A stretch of DNA of 64,000 bases from an uncultured delta proteobacterium (GTDB taxonomy: Bacteria; Myxococcota_A; Polyangia; Polyangiales; B10-G4), in assembly GCA_963727445.1 (NCBI GenBank), contig CAVSGI010000010.1:1280001-1344000 (forward strand). Reading direction: 5' to 3'. Position numbers and translations under genes: made by a program. The stretch's first letter is position 1; every line of letters begins with the position of its first letter. The notes under the pieces are model-generated. The model had not been told where the DNA came from, searched no databases, and was given only the letters and a program-made list of their open reading frames with translations. Below, piece by piece: positions 51,206-60,045 of this stretch.

Positions 51206-51722
51206 GAAGCTATCTCAAAACTCGTGGGATCTAAGTCTGCGAGGATTAAGGAGAAAGCGTTGGGGGATCGACGTCGGATCGGTTTTCTGATCTGCGGTCT
51301 GAATGGATCTGACCGATCAGCAGTGGAAAATCCTGGAGCCCCTTCTTCCTGAGCGCGACAGACGTAGGGGCAGCCCAGGAAGGCCACTGAGGTGACGCTC
51401 GTCGACGAAACGTTAGACGCGGCCTTCTTGGACGAGCTGCCGCAACGTTTGATCGGAGACAAGGCGTACGACAGTGACAAGCTCGACACGAACCTCCCGC
51501 TACGAACGCCGGCCAGAAAACTTCCTGGGCTTCGTGCAGCTCGGCTGTCTCGTCATCCTGCTCAGACAGTTCTGAATCACCCAGTTCGAGAAACTCGTCC
51601 GAGATTGATTTATCAGGCGCCGGAGGGAGGGTCGCACCCCGGGGTGTCCGGCGGTGCCAACGCGCACGCAGTGTCGCACCTGCGTTGGCACGGACGCGAG
51701 CGCTGAGTTTTGAGATAGCACC
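51206..51722 (+). mobile_element. Internally deleted IS5-family element (non-autonomous remnant)
   Basis: Perfect 15-bp inverted repeat GCTATCTCAAAACTC (51209-51223) / GAGTTTTGAGATAGC (51705-51719). Transposase fragments [26 protein letters not shown] and [15 protein letters not shown]. Lower GC than the flanks. Confidence 0.85.
51654..51691. other. 10-bp perfect inverted repeat (hairpin) inside the IS remnant, between convergent genes
   Basis: GTGCCAACGC (51654-51663) pairs with GCGTTGGCAC (51682-51691). Confidence 0.5.
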
Positions 51723-52339
51723 TAATGGCAGGCGGCCCTGAGGGCCTCGCTGAGCTGCTCGAAGTGGGCGCGATCGGCCTCGGTCCACGCGTCGGGATCG
51801 GGGTTGGAGAAGAGGAAGTCGTCGAGGGCGTCGACGCCGCGATTGATCTCGCGGACCTGATCCGCCGCGTCGAGATGCACCTGGTCGGTCTGTTGATCGA
51901 TGGGCCCGCCCTCGCCGAGGGCGCGGGAGGGTTGAGGCTGGAACGTGCAGCCGACGCCGTCGGAGGTGCCGTTCGGTCCCTCGGTGCAGCGATAGGATTG
52001 GGTGCTCCCCGGCCCGTAGAGGCCACCCGCGGCGGCGGCGTTCCGGCCGCCACCGGCGATGCGCCCGACGACGTATGCGAGGGCGGCGACCGCGGTGAGG
52101 ATGTTCTCGCGCCGGTCGGCGTCCTCGACGCCCTCCCGCAGCTCGACGACGCGCTCGTCGCAGGCCGCGTGGATGTGCCGAAGCTCGACGCGGAAGGGGT
52201 CCTCGCTCTCTGGATCGATGTCCTCTTCGCCCTCGGTGGGCGCCGGGTCGGCGTGGGACACCGGGAGCCGCTCGTGCCGCGCGCAGCCCATCGGCAGCGT
52301 CAGGACCAGGACGACCAGCGCGGCGGTCTTCGCAAACAC
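51722..52339 (-). CDS. Hypothetical lipoprotein, paralog of 33022-33651
   Basis: Lipobox PMGC; LPVSHADP; 'INRGVDALDDFLFSNPDPDAWT'. Confidence 0.72.
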   Translation of the reverse strand: MFAKTAALVVLVLTLPMGCARHERLPVSHADPAPTEGEEDIDPESEDPFRVELRHIHAACDERVVELREGVEDADRRENILTAVAALAYVVGRIAGGGRNAAAAGGLYGPGSTQSYRCTEGPNGTSDGVGCTFQPQPSRALGEGGPIDQQTDQVHLDAADQVREINRGVDALDDFLFSNPDPDAWTEADRAHFEQLSEALRAACH

Positions 52340-52379
52340 GCCCCCAACGTAGACGCGGCCCCCGACCCCCGCCAGTGTT

Positions 52380-53471
52380 TCAGCAGCCGCAGCCGGTCGG
52401 CAGGGGCGCGATGCTGTTCAGGGACAAGCGGTTGTCGTACGACGTGTAGACCTCCTGGGGCGTGACCTGCAGGACGTCCGTGCCCTGGTCGATGAGCGCA
52501 TGGATCTCCTCCTGCGGGATGGTCACCCCATCCGCTTGGCGCAGGTGAAGCGCTCCGTCGTCGCCCACGGCATAGAGCAGCGACAGGGCCCCCGGCCCCG
52601 CCTCGCAATAGGGCCAGTCGGCCCGGGCGAGGACGAGCTCCTTTCCGTTCGCAGCCAAGAAGACCTGCGTGCTGAAGATCGACTCGTCCCAGGGACCCGC
52701 GGGCCAGCCCTCGGCGAAGTATTCGTCTTCGGCTCGGAGGCCGTCGTACTCGGCCTGTCGCGCCGCGTACTGTGGGCTCGCGCGGAAGAGGCGCTGCGCG
52801 GCCTCGTCGTAGAGGTCGGTGTCGTTGGGCACGTAGACCTCGCCGACCGCCTCTGGATGCGCGCCGAAGGTGCCACTCACACATCCGTCGGGATCCTCGA
52901 GCTCGGCCACGAGGTAGGTTCTGTTCAAGGCTTGCTCCCAGATGAACGCCGGATCGCTGAGACGTTCCAGCGCCGGCGGACCGACGGCGTCTTGCCTCTC
53001 GTCGAGCGCCGCCCGCTCCTCCATCGACAGCTCACCGAACTCGAGGTTCCACTGCGAGATCATGCGCACCATGGACAGCTCGCCCAGGTAGCCGATGCAG
53101 CTCTCCCCGGATGCCGAATGGGTGACGAAGGGCTCGCCCTGACGCAGCAGAAGCGGGAGCGGCACGGCGTCGATGTTCACGTCGCGGCGCACGATCATGT
53201 CCTCGGTCATGTACGGCGCGGTCAGCCACGCAGGATCGCCGATGGCGACGCTGTCGTCGTAGAGAGCTGCGAGCACCACCAGGGAGCGCTCCCCCGGCAC
53301 CACGAAGGAGAAAGAGGGAGGCGCGGCGTCGTAGCCCAGCTCCCCGTCGACGAAGACGCGCGCCTCCGAGGAGTCGTCCTCGACGACGCTCGCCTCGGTG
53401 GCGTCGATGGGGAGCGCGCAGCCCGAGGCCGCGCTGACCAAGAGGAGCAACAGTGTCGAGAAGAGCCGCAT
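52380..53471 (-). CDS. Hypothetical lipoprotein ending in GCGC
   Basis: MRLFSTLLLLLVSAASGC lipobox; acidic body; C-terminal PTGCGC*. Confidence 0.72.
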   Translation of the reverse strand: MRLFSTLLLLLVSAASGCALPIDATEASVVEDDSSEARVFVDGELGYDAAPPSFSFVVPGERSLVVLAALYDDSVAIGDPAWLTAPYMTEDMIVRRDVNIDAVPLPLLLRQGEPFVTHSASGESCIGYLGELSMVRMISQWNLEFGELSMEERAALDERQDAVGPPALERLSDPAFIWEQALNRTYLVAELEDPDGCVSGTFGAHPEAVGEVYVPNDTDLYDEAAQRLFRASPQYAARQAEYDGLRAEDEYFAEGWPAGPWDESIFSTQVFLAANGKELVLARADWPYCEAGPGALSLLYAVGDDGALHLRQADGVTIPQEEIHALIDQGTDVLQVTPQEVYTSYDNRLSLNSIAPLPTGCGC

Positions 53472-53584
53472 GCCCATTCGAAAAGCAGATTCCGGGCCGA
53501 CCGCGGACGCTCGGAATCCATGATGAATTCGGGCCTCGGCTGCGTCTCCACGCCCACAGAGCGGGCGCGAGCTGACACGAAAGC

Positions 53585-54229
53585 TCAGTGAGACAGGCCG
53601 AGGGCCTGGGCGCGCTCGTCGCGAAGCTCTTTGAACGCGCGCTCCCATTGGGGCGCCGCCTCGAGCCGCCACGCCTCCACCGGCAACAGACCGTGGGCGG
53701 CGAGGTCGTGAAAGAGCCGCCGCTCGTCGGCCGGCTCGCGGGAGAAGCCGAAGGGATTGCGCGGTCGATCATCGGGCAGGGTCGGGTACTTCGCGTCGTC
53801 GGCTTCGATCAGCGAGAGCAGCTCCCGGCCGCGCCGCTCCATCCGCTCGAGAAAGGCGAGGTCGAAAGGACCTACGTGACGCCGCGTCGCGGGATCCTTG
53901 CGGACCCAGCGCGCCCAGTCGTAGCCGTAGACGAAGTCGTGCACGTAGCGGAATCGGATGGGCGTCTCGCGGCCGAAGAGGTGCATCAAGGCGACCACGG
54001 TCTCGAAGGCGCGCGCCGCATGTGCTTCGGGCGACTCGGCGCCCTCCGCCTCGCGCGCGACGCTGAGCGCGAGATGATCGAGATCGCCGAAGATGTTGTC
54101 GGGGAACGCGCTCTCGATGGCATCGGTGACGCGCGCGAGACCCACCCCGATCGCGTCCACCAGCGAGGTCGACACCCCCACCTCGATCAGGGAAGAGACG
54201 ATGTCGTGCGGGCTCCGCGCGGCATTCAC
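53585..54229 (-). CDS. Hypothetical protein with a conserved-looking aromatic motif
   Basis: C-terminal 214 codons of ORF 53585..55510; 'PDNIFGDLD', 'IRFRYVHDFVYGYDWARW', 'RNPFGFSREP'. Confidence 0.7.
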   Translation of the reverse strand: MNAARSPHDIVSSLIEVGVSTSLVDAIGVGLARVTDAIESAFPDNIFGDLDHLALSVAREAEGAESPEAHAARAFETVVALMHLFGRETPIRFRYVHDFVYGYDWARWVRKDPATRRHVGPFDLAFLERMERRGRELLSLIEADDAKYPTLPDDRPRNPFGFSREPADERRLFHDLAAHGLLPVEAWRLEAAPQWERAFKELRDERAQALGLSH

Positions 54230-54279
54230 GGGCCCGAGGCTCGCCCATCGACCCCGTCGCCGCCCATCTCCGACGTCGC

Positions 54280-55227
54280 TCAGAGGCTCCACAGGATCGT
54301 CATTCCGATGAGGGTGAGGGAGAGATAGGTGGTGCCGCGCCAGATGCCGGAGTGAAGCAGCTTCTTGTACACGGCCTGGGCGGGGAAGGCGTTGGTCACC
54401 GCCGCCGTGCTCTGCTTGTAGACCACCTTCAGGTAGTCCCAGACCGTCCCGGTAGCCACCAGGCAGGCGATCTTGACCTCCACGTCGCCGAGGAAGACGG
54501 CGACGCCCCAGCCGATGACGCCGAGCAGCATCGACAGCTCCACCAGACGCCGCGCCTTGGCGTTGCCGAGCATGGTGGTGAAGGTGCGTTTGCCGCCCTT
54601 CTGATCCGAGCGCTCGTCCGAGAGCCCGGAGGCGATGGCCGAAGCGAGGGCGAGGGCGGTGAAGCCGGGGATGATCACCACGAAGCCGTTGGGCAACAGC
54701 TCGCCGCTCTGCGCGTAGGCGTTGAGCCAGGGCCCGGCCACACCGACCCCGAGCATCTCGAGGAGCTCGCCGCCGCCGCGGTAGTTCAGACGGAAGGGCG
54801 GCAGGGTGTAGGCGATGAAGATGGCGAGGCAGCCGATGGCGCCGGGGATCAACAGCGGTCGGTTCAGCCCGTAGCTGGCGAGGGCCGCCAGGCCCAGCGC
54901 CGCCGCGCCCGCGAGGAGACCCACCACCAGGAGCTGGCCAGCGGGGAGGATCCCGTCGGGGATGGTCTTCGGCGAGCAGCCTTCGGGGAACATCTGGCGC
55001 TTGATGCGATCGACGTCCCTGTCGCCCCAGTCGTTGAGGAGCACCACGTAGGAGACGTAGAGCAGCGTGAAGGCCACCCCGAAGGCCGCGCCGCCCAGGG
55101 AGAATTCCGCGGTGGCGCCGAAGCCGATGGCCTGCCCCAGGAGCATCGGCACGAGGAGCTTCGGCCAGCTCGCTGGTTTCAGCGCATGAAGCCAGCGATC
55201 GCGGAGCGACGTGGGGAGCGTCGGCAT
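54280..55227 (-). CDS. UbiA/MenA family prenyltransferase
   Basis: 'ALKPASWPK', 'LNDWGDRDVD', 'YT.PP.RLNYRGGGE', 'SDERSD..GGKRT'. Confidence 0.85.
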   Translation of the reverse strand: MPTLPTSLRDRWLHALKPASWPKLLVPMLLGQAIGFGATAEFSLGGAAFGVAFTLLYVSYVVLLNDWGDRDVDRIKRQMFPEGCSPKTIPDGILPAGQLLVVGLLAGAAALGLAALASYGLNRPLLIPGAIGCLAIFIAYTLPPFRLNYRGGGELLEMLGVGVAGPWLNAYAQSGELLPNGFVVIIPGFTALALASAIASGLSDERSDQKGGKRTFTTMLGNAKARRLVELSMLLGVIGWGVAVFLGDVEVKIACLVATGTVWDYLKVVYKQSTAAVTNAFPAQAVYKKLLHSGIWRGTTYLSLTLIGMTILWSL

Positions 55228-55232
55228 CGCCG

Positions 55233-56393
55233 TCAGTATGGGTTCGTCGGCTCGGGGTCGCCAGGATCGGGCGTGAAGCGAAGGACGAGGGCGAGGATCG
55301 CCGCCATCGCGCTCGCGGCCGCCGCGTAGTGGAACGCGCCGCCGCCCTCGGCGCGATAGAGCGGGCCCGCGAGGGAGATGGCGGTGCCCATGGCCAGGCC
55401 GCCCACGACGGCGGCGTAGATCGTCTGGGCCCGGGCGGCGAGGCCCATGGGGATGCGCTTGGCGAAGAAGGCCATCGCGCCGAGGTGGACCGCGCCGAAG
55501 GTGGTCGCATGCAGGAGCTGGGCGAAGACGAGCGCGCCGAGAGCGGTGGTCGAGCCGAGGATGCCCCAACGGACGAGGCCGGTGAGGGCGCCGGCGCCGA
55601 TGAGGGTCGCGGGGGCGAAGCGCGCCGTCAGCCGGCGGCCGACGAGGAAGAGGAGGATCTCGGCGATCACGCCGATCGCCCAGAGCATCCCGACGACGGT
55701 GGTGGAGTGGCCCGCCGCCTTCCAGTGGATCGAGCCGAAGGCGTAGTAGATGGCGTGGCTCGCCTGAGCGAAGGCGGCGGCCACGACGAAGACGTAGAAC
55801 GCCGGTCGACGGAGGAGGGCGCCCACGGGCGGCGGGGCTGGTCGGTCACGCGGAGGTGGCGGGTCGGGCAGGGCGAACCCCGCGAGGGTGGTGGTCGCCA
55901 TGCACGCGACGAGGGCGATGAGGATGACTCCCTCGTCCGTGAACGAGAGGAGCTCACCGCAGCCCACCGAGGCCAGGATGAAGGCGATCGATCCCCACAA
56001 ACGGATGCTGCCGTAGCTGATGCCGTGGCTTCGCTCGCGGGCCAGGGTGAGGGTGTCGGCGAGGGGGATGAGCGGGATGTAGGTGCCGTTGGTGAAGGCG
56101 GAGAGGATCGCGAATGCGACCACGCCCTGCACCTGGCCGTAGAGGATGAAGCCGGTGGTGGCGAGCACGCCGAGGACGATCATCGTCAGGCGGCGCTCTC
56201 CGGTGCGGTCGACGATGGTGCCGGCCAGAGGGGAGGCGACGACGCGGATCCACTGGCCCGCGCCGAGCACCAAGGCGATCGATTCGGGCCCCAGCCCGTG
56301 GGCCTCGAGCCAGAGCGGCCAGAAGGGCACGAGCACGCCCAGGACGCCGAAGAGCGCCAGGTAATAGACGGCGAGCCGCGCGCGCACTCCCAT
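55233..56393 (-). CDS. MFS transporter (HcaT / 3-phenylpropionate-like)
   Basis: About 12 TM helices; 'YGSIRLWGS', 'ASHAIYYAFGSIHW', 'WAIGVIAEI', 'QLLHATTF'. Confidence 0.9.
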   Translation of the reverse strand: MGVRARLAVYYLALFGVLGVLVPFWPLWLEAHGLGPESIALVLGAGQWIRVVASPLAGTIVDRTGERRLTMIVLGVLATTGFILYGQVQGVVAFAILSAFTNGTYIPLIPLADTLTLARERSHGISYGSIRLWGSIAFILASVGCGELLSFTDEGVILIALVACMATTTLAGFALPDPPPPRDRPAPPPVGALLRRPAFYVFVVAAAFAQASHAIYYAFGSIHWKAAGHSTTVVGMLWAIGVIAEILLFLVGRRLTARFAPATLIGAGALTGLVRWGILGSTTALGALVFAQLLHATTFGAVHLGAMAFFAKRIPMGLAARAQTIYAAVVGGLAMGTAISLAGPLYRAEGGGAFHYAAAASAMAAILALVLRFTPDPGDPEPTNPY

Positions 56394-56501
56394 GCCGCCA
56401 GCCGCTTAGCCTCAGAGATCGCCCGAGTCGACCAATGATCGCCCCGGAATCGATCTTCTCTCACGAGCGCGGCGACGAGGCGGGGACAGGTGCCCCAGAG
56501 C

Positions 56502-57686
56502 TCAGTGGTCGAAGGCCTCGCAGCCGACCCCGCCGATCGAGGGGACGACGATGTTCACGCGTTGGGTCCCGAGGGCCGACAGGCCCCGGTCCCGATAGTG
56601 GACGTCGAGGGGGTAGAGCTGGGGCTCGGGTCGCGCCTCGAAGCGGTCGTTTTCGAGGGTGAGGCGGAAGGTCAGCTGAGTCCCGGGACGCACCTCGACG
56701 AATCTCTCGGCTCGGCGCACGGCCCCATCCGCGGGCTCCGCAGCCACGGCCGCGATGCTGCGGACGAAGAGGGTCGCGTCGACGCCGTCGTCCACGGGAT
56801 CGACCAGGGCGGCGTCGACGTCGAGCAGCGCGCCGTTGACAAGGTCGCGAACGGCGTCGGCGACCCCGCGGTTCAACCGCTCGCCTTCGAGCCCGATGTC
56901 GATGACAAGCGGCTGACCTTCGACGTCGCGCGCGCCGGTATCGCCCGCGATCGCGCGGGCGTGCTCGGCATCCTCGGGAGGCCCCGACCACAGGACGATC
57001 ACGCGAATGCCCGCGGCGTTCAGGGCCTCGACCGTTTGAGCGTAGGTGGGCGGCCGCGGCACGAGCGGGTAGCCGTAAGGCCAGACGTCCCCCGGGCCGT
57101 TGTGGAAGTGGGCGTCCGTGAAGAGCAGGACCACCCGCGCCGCCTCCCCCCAGCACGCGGCGCCCGTCGTGCCCAGGGGACACTCGCTCGGCGGCAGGAA
57201 CTCCGTGATCCCCTCGTTCGTCGCCAGATGATGCAGGGCGGGGATCTGCGCCTCGGGATCGTCGTTGCCGGAGAACGTATCGGGCATGAGCCGCCCGGTC
57301 GCAGCCCGGATGGCGTCCATGTCGGAGGTGATCGACTGGTAGCGCACGAAGGGCAGGTCGGTGCTCACGCCATAGGGGTAACGGGGGAAGTCACCAAAGC
57401 CCGCGATGCCCAGCCGGAGCTCGCCCAGGAAGGCCTCCTGCATGGCGGGGATCACCTCCGAGACCAGCCCATGGCGGATCTCGTTGATCTCCCCGTCCAT
57501 GCTCCCGGTTTGATCGACGAGGAGCATCACCTCGGCGCTCTCGAGCCTCGCCGTGAAGCTGGCATCGAGGAACTTGGGTGGCTCGAAGGCCGGCACTTCC
57601 ACACAGAGCGTCTGCTCCTCGTACGTGTGCGACTTGGCGCACGCAGCGGACGCGACCACCAGCACCGCCAGGGTGGCTCTCCTCAT
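56502..57686 (-). CDS. vWA domain lipoprotein
   Basis: Lipobox SAAC; MIDAS-like DQTGS; 'GNDDPEA'; 'LFTDA.FH'. Confidence 0.82.
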   Translation of the reverse strand: MRRATLAVLVVASAACAKSHTYEEQTLCVEVPAFEPPKFLDASFTARLESAEVMLLVDQTGSMDGEINEIRHGLVSEVIPAMQEAFLGELRLGIAGFGDFPRYPYGVSTDLPFVRYQSITSDMDAIRAATGRLMPDTFSGNDDPEAQIPALHHLATNEGITEFLPPSECPLGTTGAACWGEAARVVLLFTDAHFHNGPGDVWPYGYPLVPRPPTYAQTVEALNAAGIRVIVLWSGPPEDAEHARAIAGDTGARDVEGQPLVIDIGLEGERLNRGVADAVRDLVNGALLDVDAALVDPVDDGVDATLFVRSIAAVAAEPADGAVRRAERFVEVRPGTQLTFRLTLENDRFEARPEPQLYPLDVHYRDRGLSALGTQRVNIVVPSIGGVGCEAFDH

Positions 57687-57737
57687 CCCGACCTCCACCC
57701 ATGCGTCGTCGGGGCGGGGGTGGATTTCCACTCCCCT

Positions 57738-58547
57738 TCAGAGCAGGCGGATCGAGCGCCTCAGCTCCTGCACCACCCGATACGCCTCCGGGTCGGGCTC
57801 TTCGAAGGCGACGCATTGGAAGAGTCCCTCGAGCAGGGGGCGCACGGCGGCGTCGGCTCCCAGGCCGAGGAGCACTTCTTCGAGGCGAGGGCGAAGCGCC
57901 TCGGGGAGCGCTTCGGTGGTGCCGATGGCGTCCGCGGGCACCTCCTCGCTGAAGAGCAGCATTCGAAAGGCGTCGTCGTCGTCGACGTCCCGCCACCCCG
58001 CGGAGAGGATCCGATCGCCATCGTCGAGGTGGACGTAGGTGGCACCCGCATCCACCTCGCCCCCGTGCACCGCCCGCGCCACGCCTCGATGGCTTCCGAT
58101 GAAGCTCTGTGCAGCGAAGTGCAGGTCGGGATCGCGCCCGTCGTCGATCACCGCCTTTCGGGGCAGGAGATGACCGGCACAGGAGTGGGGGTCGACCCAG
58201 CCCACGTGCTTGCCTTCGAGCTCGGCCAGGGTGGTCACGCGTGATCCGGCTTTCACGAAGATGGCGCCCCGAAAGGCGCGCGAGCCATGCCGAACGCTGC
58301 GCGCCAGGAGATGCACGTCGGCGACCTCCTCCGCCTGGACGTAGACGGCAGGTGGGAGCCAGGCCATGGCAGCCGACGCCTGCTCGACCGCGGACAAGAG
58401 CTCGGCGTAGCTCGCGCAGGCGAAGAGCTGGACCTCTTGTCCGAGCCGCTCGCTCAGCACCTCGGCGAGCCCGTTCCTGAGCTCGGCTCCGCGTGAGCCC
58501 AGGCCTTGAGGACCGGTGGCGAAAACGAGGGGCACCTGAGGGCCCAT
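57738..58547 (-). CDS. PhnD-like phosphate/phosphonate-binding domain protein with no signal peptide
   Basis: 'WLPPAVYV', 'LEGKHVGWVDPHSCAGHLLP', 'GSHRGVARAV..GEVDAGA'. Confidence 0.82.
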   Translation of the reverse strand: MGPQVPLVFATGPQGLGSRGAELRNGLAEVLSERLGQEVQLFACASYAELLSAVEQASAAMAWLPPAVYVQAEEVADVHLLARSVRHGSRAFRGAIFVKAGSRVTTLAELEGKHVGWVDPHSCAGHLLPRKAVIDDGRDPDLHFAAQSFIGSHRGVARAVHGGEVDAGATYVHLDDGDRILSAGWRDVDDDDAFRMLLFSEEVPADAIGTTEALPEALRPRLEEVLLGLGADAAVRPLLEGLFQCVAFEEPDPEAYRVVQELRRSIRLL

Positions 58548-58555
58548 CGTAGCAC

Positions 58556-59356
58556 TCAGGGGCGGCGTTCGACGATTTCGGGCAGGGTCGGGGGATCGGA
58601 GGTGACGCCGATGCCGAAGAAGGGGTGGCTGCCTCCGTGGACCAGGGCGCGCACCCGACCCTCGTGGTCGAAGACCGGAGAGCCGCTGTTGCCGGGCAGG
58701 ATGGGGCAGTCGCTGAGCCAACCGACCGCGGCGGCATCGGGCCCGAGCGCATCGCGGGCCGCCGCGCCATCCGCCACTCGGCAGAGCCGGGTCTCGAGGC
58801 GATGCTGCGTGGCGTAGATCGGGTGGGGTGTGACCACCGCGACGGTCACGATGGCGCCGGGGGTGGGGCCCTCGCTGGCCACGGGGGCGGCCGGACGGAG
58901 GGTCGGCTGCTCGAGCCGCACGACGGCGTAATCGGCGCGCAGCACCTCTTCGCCCACCCCCTCGGCCACCTGCAGCACCTCCACCACTCGATGCCAGCGG
59001 GCGGGGTAGGCGCCGCTCTCGGGGAAGGCGACGAAGCCGTCTTCCACTTCGCCGCGGCGACGGCTCTGAGGGTCGAGGCAGTGCCCCGCGGTGAGCACCA
59101 GGTCCGGACCGACCAGGGTGCCGGTGCAGCGCTCGGGAGCGTCGGCGCCCGGAAAGACGACCATCCCCACCGAGGCCGGGCAGTCGTCGACCGAATCACA
59201 GAAGACGTCGAGACGCGGGGGCGAGCTCGGGTTGGAGCGGGCCACTGGGCCGGACGCGGCGCGGGGCGCCACGAGGGGCCCTGGGCTTCGGGGTGCCACC
59301 GTCGCGCAACCCATGAGGGCAGAGGCGAGCATGGCAACGAGCGGGAAGCGCGGCAC
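58556..59356 (-). CDS. Trypsin-like serine protease lipoprotein
   Basis: Lipobox LMGC; LTAGHC, DYAVVRL, GNSGSP. Confidence 0.87.
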   Translation of the reverse strand: MPRFPLVAMLASALMGCATVAPRSPGPLVAPRAASGPVARSNPSSPPRLDVFCDSVDDCPASVGMVVFPGADAPERCTGTLVGPDLVLTAGHCLDPQSRRRGEVEDGFVAFPESGAYPARWHRVVEVLQVAEGVGEEVLRADYAVVRLEQPTLRPAAPVASEGPTPGAIVTVAVVTPHPIYATQHRLETRLCRVADGAAARDALGPDAAAVGWLSDCPILPGNSGSPVFDHEGRVRALVHGGSHPFFGIGVTSDPPTLPEIVERRP

Positions 59357-59404
59357 GGGGGAAAGACAGCTTGGGGCGAGAAAGGTTCCCGTGCCAGGCG
59401 AGCG

Positions 59405-59965
59405 CTAACGAGGTCGCATCCAATCGCCGCCTTCGACCTCGCCGCATGCGGCGCTCGAATCGAGGAGAAGATAGGTCCACGCCAGCCCCAGGCTTGTATG
59501 AATGATGATACGGCGATACATGGAGCCGTCTCGGCCGTAGCCTGCGAAATCCTCGAGCTCGTCCAGGTCGGCGAGGAGCGCAGCGGGGCGTGGATGGGAC
59601 CAGACCTCGCCGTGCACTTCTCCCTCACCGTGGACGAGCCCGGGATAGGACCCGAGATCGAGGAGCTTGCCTCGGACCACGACAGGACCGTGCAGCGTGG
59701 CTCCATGCGAGGTCATGAAGGAGTGCCAGCGACCCCCGCGACGCAAGGTCCCATAGACGAAGACATGCGGCAGGAGGCGCGGAGTGCCCGTGGAGAGGAG
59801 CATGACTGATACCTCTTCTCCATCGGCGTCGAGGGCGGTGACCACCTCGGAATCCGCCTCGGTGAAGGGACGAAGGCGACCCCGGAGGATGTGGCCGACC
59901 TGACCGTCCACGTCGACCACGAAGGCGTCGCCCGCGTCATCCGCTTCGAAGCATCGCGGCTTCAT
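59405..59965 (-). CDS. Gamma-glutamylcyclotransferase (AIG2-like) family protein
   Basis: VFVYGTLRRG, 'LGSYPGL', 'VHGEVW', 'LDELE', 'YRR', 'AWTY'. Confidence 0.85.
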   Translation of the reverse strand: MKPRCFEADDAGDAFVVDVDGQVGHILRGRLRPFTEADSEVVTALDADGEEVSVMLLSTGTPRLLPHVFVYGTLRRGGRWHSFMTSHGATLHGPVVVRGKLLDLGSYPGLVHGEGEVHGEVWSHPRPAALLADLDELEDFAGYGRDGSMYRRIIIHTSLGLAWTYLLLDSSAACGEVEGGDWMRPR

Positions 59966-60006
59966 CCATCGGTGATCACCCACGCGCGTCCGAAAAAACA
60001 AGGGGG

Positions 60007-60045
60007 TTGACATCGATTAGGATTGGTCGGACCATCGGACCAATC
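60007..60045 (+). promoter_or_regulatory. Promoter (-35 TTGACA) with an overlapping FadR-type palindromic operator
   Basis: TTGACA at 60007-60012; GATTGGTC-GGACCATCG-GACCAATC (60021-60045) immediately before ATG 60046. Confidence 0.7.

Noticed and set aside
53585..55510. 641-aa ORF as a single gene
   Set aside because: Its upstream two-thirds overlap the MFS and prenyltransferase genes in another frame; only 53585-54229 looks coding.
59382..59397. TGGCACG upstream of the second trypsin gene as a sigma-54 promoter
   Set aside because: Perfect -24 element but no GC at the -12 position.
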